From contig JAEUWI010000010.1 of NCBI GenBank assembly GCA_016791475.1, positions 20,352 to 84,351 of the forward strand: DNA of 64,000 nt, given 5' to 3'. The position numbers and the translations under genes are program-made. Under the pieces are notes generated by a model, which worked only from the letters and a program-made list of their open reading frames with translations, had not been told where the DNA came from and made no database searches. Positions 58,730-64,000 of the stretch are shown here, one piece after another. Within the stretch, counting starts at the first letter, position 1, and the number at the start of each line of letters is the position of its first letter. The DNA comes from Candidatus Hydrogenedentota bacterium (lineage in GTDB: Bacteria > Hydrogenedentota > Hydrogenedentia > Hydrogenedentales > JAEUWI01).

Positions 58730-61447
58730 ATGCGCGTTTTTTTCTGCTTTTTGCTCCTGGTTGCTCCGCTGGCCGTTCCCGCGGAAGTCATAGACGATGA
58801 AATCGAGATTAAGGGCCACCTGGTTGAACTGGGGATGAGCCCCGACGGCGGCGGCGCGCTTCACACCTTCGGGCTGGTCGCCACACCCACCAACCTGGCC
58901 GGGGGCGATGGATTGCTGCAGGAGGGCTTCGGCGTGGGCAGTTTCTATGTGCCCAATCGACGTCTGAACGAACGCATGGAGGCGCTGGACTCCGTGACTG
59001 ATCGGCCCGTTTTGCAGTACACCTATGATTGCGATGGCCCGAATATCCAGGGACTCCAGTCCATCCGCAAAATGGAGTTGATACCGGACGAGGCCTCGGT
59101 GCGCGTCACCTGGACGGTGAAGAACAACGGCAAGGAGCGCCAGTGGGTGGCGCCCTGGGTGCGCAATGACGTCACGCCGGGCGGCACGGTGAGCGAGCTG
59201 GATCGCTTCGACGTTCCCTCGCGCGGCGGCATCGTGCAGCCGAAGCACACGGCCTATCTGCCGGCCTCGCGCAATTGGTTTGCCATGACGGACCCCGTGG
59301 AGGACGAGACCCTCTATGTCGTCTTCAACGCCAACCATACCCACTCCTACCTTGTTCAACCCTATGTGAAGGACGAGGACGGCGAGTTTCCCAAGGCGAT
59401 GAGCGTGCAGACGGCTTTCGTGCCCTTCCTGCTCGGTCCGGGAGAGTCCTGGACCACCCAGTATCGCCTGAACATGGTGCGCGGACTGAAGCATGTGGAC
59501 TTCGCCACGGAGGAGTTCGCCATGCAAATCGACTACGTTAATGGGAAGCTGACCATGCTCGTGTCCGCAATCAAACCGATGCCGGGACTCCAGATCGACA
59601 CCCGCATCAAGGCGACCGACGGCGAAGTATGGACCCTGCCGCGCAAACAGTTCGATCTGGCCCCCAGCCAGCTCGCCCGCTGCAGCTACGAGTGGAAGGC
59701 TCCCGCCAATGGCGCCTACGAAGTGCTGGCCCAGGTTTTTCAGAATGGCAAGTCCCTGAAACTGGGCCAGGAGACCGGTTCCCCACACGGCGGCATCGAT
59801 ACGAGATTTGACGTCGGTAACGCCTCCGCCACGCCCTTCCGCGCCTGGACCGACGCGCCCCACGCGCTGGACCAGCAACCCCGCAGCATGGCCCGCACGT
59901 TGGCGGTGAAAGGTCCAGTGACGATCTGGGCCGAGCCGTCCCTGCGCAAGGTCCTTCCCCAGGACGTCGCAAAGCCCGATGGGCCCGTGGACCCCGTCGT
60001 GCGGGTGGCCCTCGCGCAGGGCGAGTCCGAGAGTTTCCAGCTTGCGATCCGGCCAAAAGACAAGACCAACGTAAACGACGTGCGTGTTGCCGTGCAGGAT
60101 CTCGTAGCCAGCGATTCCGACGCGCGCATTCCTTCAGATGCCGTTAAAATCTACACGCAACACTACCAGCACATCGCCGTGCCGAGCCACTTCGAAGGTC
60201 CCACGGGGTATTGGCCCGATGCCCTGGTGCCTTACAAGCCTTTCAACGCGCGTGGCGGCATCACGACGCCCCTGTGGTTCACCTTGAGCGTGTCGGAGGA
60301 CACGGCGCCCGGTACCTACACGGGATTGGTGGAGATCGAGGGCGACGGCCTCTCGCCCGTGGAGCTGTTCCTCGAAGTGGAGGTCTTCGGCTTCAAGCTC
60401 CCCTCACGCCCGATGCTCAAGACCGATTTCGCTTTCGACTCCGATCAGGCCTATGGCGACCATAAGAATTACGGCGGAAAACTGTCCCAGATTCAGTTGG
60501 AAGGGCTCTTCTTTGAGAATGCCGCCAGGCACCGCGTAACCCTTCGTTCGGCTATCCCCTTTCCTTCGGAGCAGCCCGACTACGGCAAGGCGCTGTCGGC
60601 CTACAAGGCCCGACTGGCCAAGGCCGATCCGGCGGGCGTTTCCACCATCAGCGTGCCCCAGACCCTGCTGAATCACGTCGATCAGCTCGCACTGGCGAAT
60701 GCGTTTGTCGTGGAAAATGGCCTGCAGGACCGGGCCTTCGTGCACCTGGCCAACGAGCCGCCCCGGCCCGCGTGGCCCCGCGTGATGGAGGGCATCCAGG
60801 CCTGGAAAGATGCCGCGCCGGATATCCCCGTTATGATCACCACGTACGGACTGGAACCTTTTCTTCCGGATGGCCTGGAGCGCTGGGCGGTCCATGCGCC
60901 CGTCTTTGATACGGTGAACAACGCCCGCGTGCTCGAGCGCATCGGCGCGGGCGGCGAAGTGTGGTGGTATGTAGACCAGACCCCGCCCCGGCCTTATGGC
61001 AATTTCTTTGTGGATTTCGATTCCATCGATCACCGAATCCTTTTCTGGCAGGCTTGGGCCCTCGGCGTACGGGGTATGCACTACCGCAGCATTAACGACC
61101 ATCGCGGCGGCGGCGACCCTTGGAAGGAGCTGGTGGACGTGACCCCCGTCAACGGCGACGGCTTCCTCGTCTACACCGACAGAAACGGCCCCATCAACTC
61201 CATTCGCTGGGAAAATATCCGCGACGGGATCGATGACTACGACTATCTCGCGGTGTTCAACGACCGTCGTCGCAAGCTCCTCGCACAGCCGGGGCATGAA
61301 GCCCTGCTCCAGCGCGCGGCCGAGGCGTACAATTTGAAGGATGTTATCCCCAGCCTCGTCAGTTTTACCCGCGACCCCGAGGTGCTCGAAAAGAAGCGAC
61401 GCGCCATCGCGGAGATGATCGTGGAGATGAACGCGGCCTTGCGCTAG
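58730..61447 (+). CDS. secreted DUF4091-domain protein, putative GH123-like glycoside hydrolase
   Basis: signal peptide MRVFFCFLLLVAPLAVPA; C-terminal DFDSIDHRILFWQAWALGVRGMHYRSIN...DGFLVYTD region as in DUF4091 (by recollection). Confidence 0.5.
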   Translation: MRVFFCFLLLVAPLAVPAEVIDDEIEIKGHLVELGMSPDGGGALHTFGLVATPTNLAGGDGLLQEGFGVGSFYVPNRRLNERMEALDSVTDRPVLQYTYDCDGPNIQGLQSIRKMELIPDEASVRVTWTVKNNGKERQWVAPWVRNDVTPGGTVSELDRFDVPSRGGIVQPKHTAYLPASRNWFAMTDPVEDETLYVVFNANHTHSYLVQPYVKDEDGEFPKAMSVQTAFVPFLLGPGESWTTQYRLNMVRGLKHVDFATEEFAMQIDYVNGKLTMLVSAIKPMPGLQIDTRIKATDGEVWTLPRKQFDLAPSQLARCSYEWKAPANGAYEVLAQVFQNGKSLKLGQETGSPHGGIDTRFDVGNASATPFRAWTDAPHALDQQPRSMARTLAVKGPVTIWAEPSLRKVLPQDVAKPDGPVDPVVRVALAQGESESFQLAIRPKDKTNVNDVRVAVQDLVASDSDARIPSDAVKIYTQHYQHIAVPSHFEGPTGYWPDALVPYKPFNARGGITTPLWFTLSVSEDTAPGTYTGLVEIEGDGLSPVELFLEVEVFGFKLPSRPMLKTDFAFDSDQAYGDHKNYGGKLSQIQLEGLFFENAARHRVTLRSAIPFPSEQPDYGKALSAYKARLAKADPAGVSTISVPQTLLNHVDQLALANAFVVENGLQDRAFVHLANEPPRPAWPRVMEGIQAWKDAAPDIPVMITTYGLEPFLPDGLERWAVHAPVFDTVNNARVLERIGAGGEVWWYVDQTPPRPYGNFFVDFDSIDHRILFWQAWALGVRGMHYRSINDHRGGGDPWKELVDVTPVNGDGFLVYTDRNGPINSIRWENIRDGIDDYDYLAVFNDRRRKLLAQPGHEALLQRAAEAYNLKDVIPSLVSFTRDPEVLEKKRRAIAEMIVEMNAALR

Positions 61448-61585
61448 GTTGTCGCGCAATATACATCTTGCATTTGCTCTCTGGTTTTCTTAGTCTATGG
61501 ACTCGCGCTGCGAAAACTGAGGAAGTTGTTCGCTTGCCGAAGGGTCGGGAACCGCACCACGTAACCGCACAGGGAGCTCTTATTC

Positions 61586-64000
61586 ATGCCCACATTGGAC
61601 GAAGATCGTTTTGACAGGTTTACCCGCGAGCAGCGATTCGACAAGGCTCGGGCGCTGGGGCTGGGACCCATCGATTTTCAACACCTGCTCTGGGTCGATG
61701 CCATGGACCGGGAGAAGAGTTCGCTTCGCAAGCTCTTTGACGGGGATGACGGCAAGGAGCGGCGCACCTTCGGCGAGTTCCGGGTTGCGTTGAACCATCA
61801 GTTTATCAGCAATCTACCCAAGCAAAAAGTGGCCAAGGGTCAGTATTCTGAGGAACTGAACCAACTCTGTACCTTGCTGGTGAACCGGCCGGCGAAACCG
61901 GGCCACGGCTTGGAACGCGTCATCGAGGGCTTGAACGCCAAGATGAAGACCCGGGACCAGATCGAGTGGGAGGACCTCCTCGCGGGTATCATCGACTACC
62001 GCACCCACGCCATTGACTCCTTCATCGCGACGGATTTCGGTCTCACCAGTTCCATTCTCGATGGCGAGCGGCAGGTGCCGGCCGGTGCGGTGAGTCGCGA
62101 GACGGCGGCGGCGGCCTCTATCGAAGCCCTCAAGACCTATGGCTATGATTTGACCGCCAAGGCGGCCGCCGGCGGGATCGAAGAGGTCATCGGGCGGGCC
62201 GACGAAGTGCGCCGTCTTTCCAGTATTCTCCTGAAGAAGGAGGCGAATAACCCTATCCTGCTCGGCGAGCCGGGCGTGGGCAAAACCAAGATCGTCGAAG
62301 GACTCGCGCTGGATATCGTCAAGGATCGGGTGCCCGAGCGCCTGAAAGGCAAGAAGATTATCAGCTTGGACCTGGGCCTTATCATGGCCGGCTCCAAGTA
62401 TCGCGGCGAATTCGAACAGCGACTTACGGCCGTGTTGCGCGAACTGCAAAACGCCAAGGGCTCCGTCATCCTCTTCATCGACGAGATTCATCAGTTGGTG
62501 GGCCTCGGCGAGACGGGCGAGAGCGGCGGCATGGACGCGGCCAACCTCATGAAACCGGCCCTGGCGCGGGGCGAACTGTGGTGCATCGGCGCAACGACCT
62601 TCTCCGAGTTCCGCGCAATCGAGAAAGACGGCGCCCTGCGGCGTCGCTTCAGCCCCGTCATCGTTCCGGAGCAGAGCCCGGCGGACGTGGCCGAGATCCT
62701 GCGTCGCGTAAAGCCCGTCTATGGCAAACACCACACCGTGGAGTACACGGAAGAGGCCCTGAACCGGGTAAACACGCTCGCCCGGCGCTATATCGGTGAA
62801 GTCCGCTCGCCCGCTCGCGAACTGGGCATCCTCGACGAAGCCGGCGCGATGGTGATCCTCAATCACGTGACGGCCGACCACGAGCCCGGCTACCATCCCC
62901 CGGTGACGGGCGTGCATGTGGCCCAGGCCGTTTCCGAGCGCACCAATATCCCCGTGGAGAACATGTCGGAAGATCAGCGCCAGAAGCTGCTGAAGCTCAA
63001 CGAGAATCTTTCCCGTCGCGTCTTTGGGCAGCCCGAGCCGATCAAAGCGGTGGTGAAGACCATGAAGCGCGCCTTCGTCGGCCTGACGCCGCCGAAGCAG
63101 CCCCAGGCTGTTTTTCTCTTTGCCGGGCCCTCGGGCGTGGGCAAAACCGAGCTGGCCAAGGCCATCGCGGCCGAGTGGTACGGCAGTGAAGACGCCCTTA
63201 TTCGCATCGACCTGTCCGAGTACGGCACCGAGACGGCGCGCAACCGCCTGATTGGTTCCGATCGGGGTTACCAGGGCGCGGAAGAGGGCGGCATGCTCAC
63301 GGAAGCCGTACGGCGCAAGCCCTATTCGCTGGTGCTGCTGGATGAGTTCGAAAAGGCCCACCCGAACATCTGGCGAATCTTCCTTCAGTTGTTTGACGAA
63401 GCGCGATTGACCGACTCCATGGGACGCAACATCGACTTCCAGAATACGGTAATCATTATCACCACCAACGTGGGTGCGGCCATTCTCGCCCAACTCGGCG
63501 AACTGCGCCACCGCATCAAGGGATGGCTTGCGGCCAACCCCGAAGCCACGGCGGAAGTTCAAAATCAGGTGGTGAAAATCATCCTCCAGGAAATCGCGTC
63601 CACCACGCCCAACCTGACGCCTCAGACCCTGGCCATTCTTCAGGGCGAGGCCAACCGCCTCCTCGACGAGGCGGAAGGCGATGCGGACGAGGCGCCCTCG
63701 GCGGAGGACATCGTGAAGCAGGCCATGCTGGCCGTTCCCGGACTTCCGCCCGAGCTTTTCGGACGCATGGGCCGACCGCTCGTTTTCGGTCCGCTGGGCA
63801 TGGCGGAACAGTCCAACATCCTTAACAAGCTCATGCGCGATTTGTGCGAGCGGGTCGCTCTGGCGCGCAAGGTTATCCTGCCGCCCGAGCGGAGCGAGTG
63901 CAACAAGTGGTTTGAAGTAAAGGTGGGCGACGATGGCGTTCGCACGGTGACCTGCAAAGATCCCGAAAGCGCGGAGGCGGTGGTTTCCATTACGCTGGCA
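61586..64000 (+). CDS. Clp/Hsp100-family double-AAA+ ATPase (ClpA/ClpV-like, no M-domain), 3' partial
   Basis: not in ORF track because it lacks a stop in window; by-eye translation is continuous: Clp_N-like N-terminus, AAA1 [15 protein letters not shown]...[11 protein letters not shown]2 [17 protein letters not shown]...[28 protein letters not shown]; the minus-strand 582-aa ORF is its shadow. Confidence 0.75.
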   Translation, partial: MPTLDEDRFDRFTREQRFDKARALGLGPIDFQHLLWVDAMDREKSSLRKLFDGDDGKERRTFGEFRVALNHQFISNLPKQKVAKGQYSEELNQLCTLLVNRPAKPGHGLERVIEGLNAKMKTRDQIEWEDLLAGIIDYRTHAIDSFIATDFGLTSSILDGERQVPAGAVSRETAAAASIEALKTYGYDLTAKAAAGGIEEVIGRADEVRRLSSILLKKEANNPILLGEPGVGKTKIVEGLALDIVKDRVPERLKGKKIISLDLGLIMAGSKYRGEFEQRLTAVLRELQNAKGSVILFIDEIHQLVGLGETGESGGMDAANLMKPALARGELWCIGATTFSEFRAIEKDGALRRRFSPVIVPEQSPADVAEILRRVKPVYGKHHTVEYTEEALNRVNTLARRYIGEVRSPARELGILDEAGAMVILNHVTADHEPGYHPPVTGVHVAQAVSERTNIPVENMSEDQRQKLLKLNENLSRRVFGQPEPIKAVVKTMKRAFVGLTPPKQPQAVFLFAGPSGVGKTELAKAIAAEWYGSEDALIRIDLSEYGTETARNRLIGSDRGYQGAEEGGMLTEAVRRKPYSLVLLDEFEKAHPNIWRIFLQLFDEARLTDSMGRNIDFQNTVIIITTNVGAAILAQLGELRHRIKGWLAANPEATAEVQNQVVKIILQEIASTTPNLTPQTLAILQGEANRLLDEAEGDADEAPSAEDIVKQAMLAVPGLPPELFGRMGRPLVFGPLGMAEQSNILNKLMRDLCERVALARKVILPPERSECNKWFEVKVGDDGVRTVTCKDPESAEAVVSITLA

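Overview
This window is a high-GC (about 62-65%) bacterial chromosomal segment. A DUF1559 prepilin-type pseudopilin gene suggests a PVC-superphylum organism (Planctomycetota/Verrucomicrobiota/Lentisphaerota-like); that is inference only. The core backbone comprises:
- two glycoside hydrolases;
- an operon of dtd, a formyltransferase paralog, a GT2/TPR protein and a GNAT protein;
- a tRNA Gly-Lys-Leu cluster followed by tig-clpP-clpX-lon-engB;
- an HtrA/DegP protease;
- a reduced division cluster murC-ftsQ-ftsZ with pilT translationally coupled to ftsZ;
- a TetR-SDR-SnoaL cassette, dprA, a CusCBA/CzcCBA-type heavy-metal RND efflux operon, an SSS symporter, and YfhO-like and DUF4091 proteins;
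- an atypical two-AAA+ Clp/Hsp100 ATPase running off the window end.

Several lower-GC (about 50-53%) accessory islets interrupt the backbone:
- a toxin-antitoxin islet (XRE/HigA-type pair plus a hicAB remnant) bounded by 47-nt direct repeats;
- a roughly 7.5-kb island between htrA and murC with an IS21-family element (istA plus a frameshifted istB) inserted, with a 7-bp target duplication, into an unknown gene, followed by two unknown membrane-protein genes and the pseudopilin;
- an LRAT/NlpC-P60-like plus TerB-like gene pair;
- a low-GC islet at 38.5-39.7 kb;
- directly upstream of the metal-efflux operon, a Cys-rich periplasmic protein and a GRDP-like membrane protein with a metallothionein-like Cys/Gly tail, flanked by a G/C-hairpin tandem repeat.

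The last of these is the best candidate for an undescribed metal-handling module. Coordinates of non-ORF features come from manual counting and may be off by 1-2 nt.
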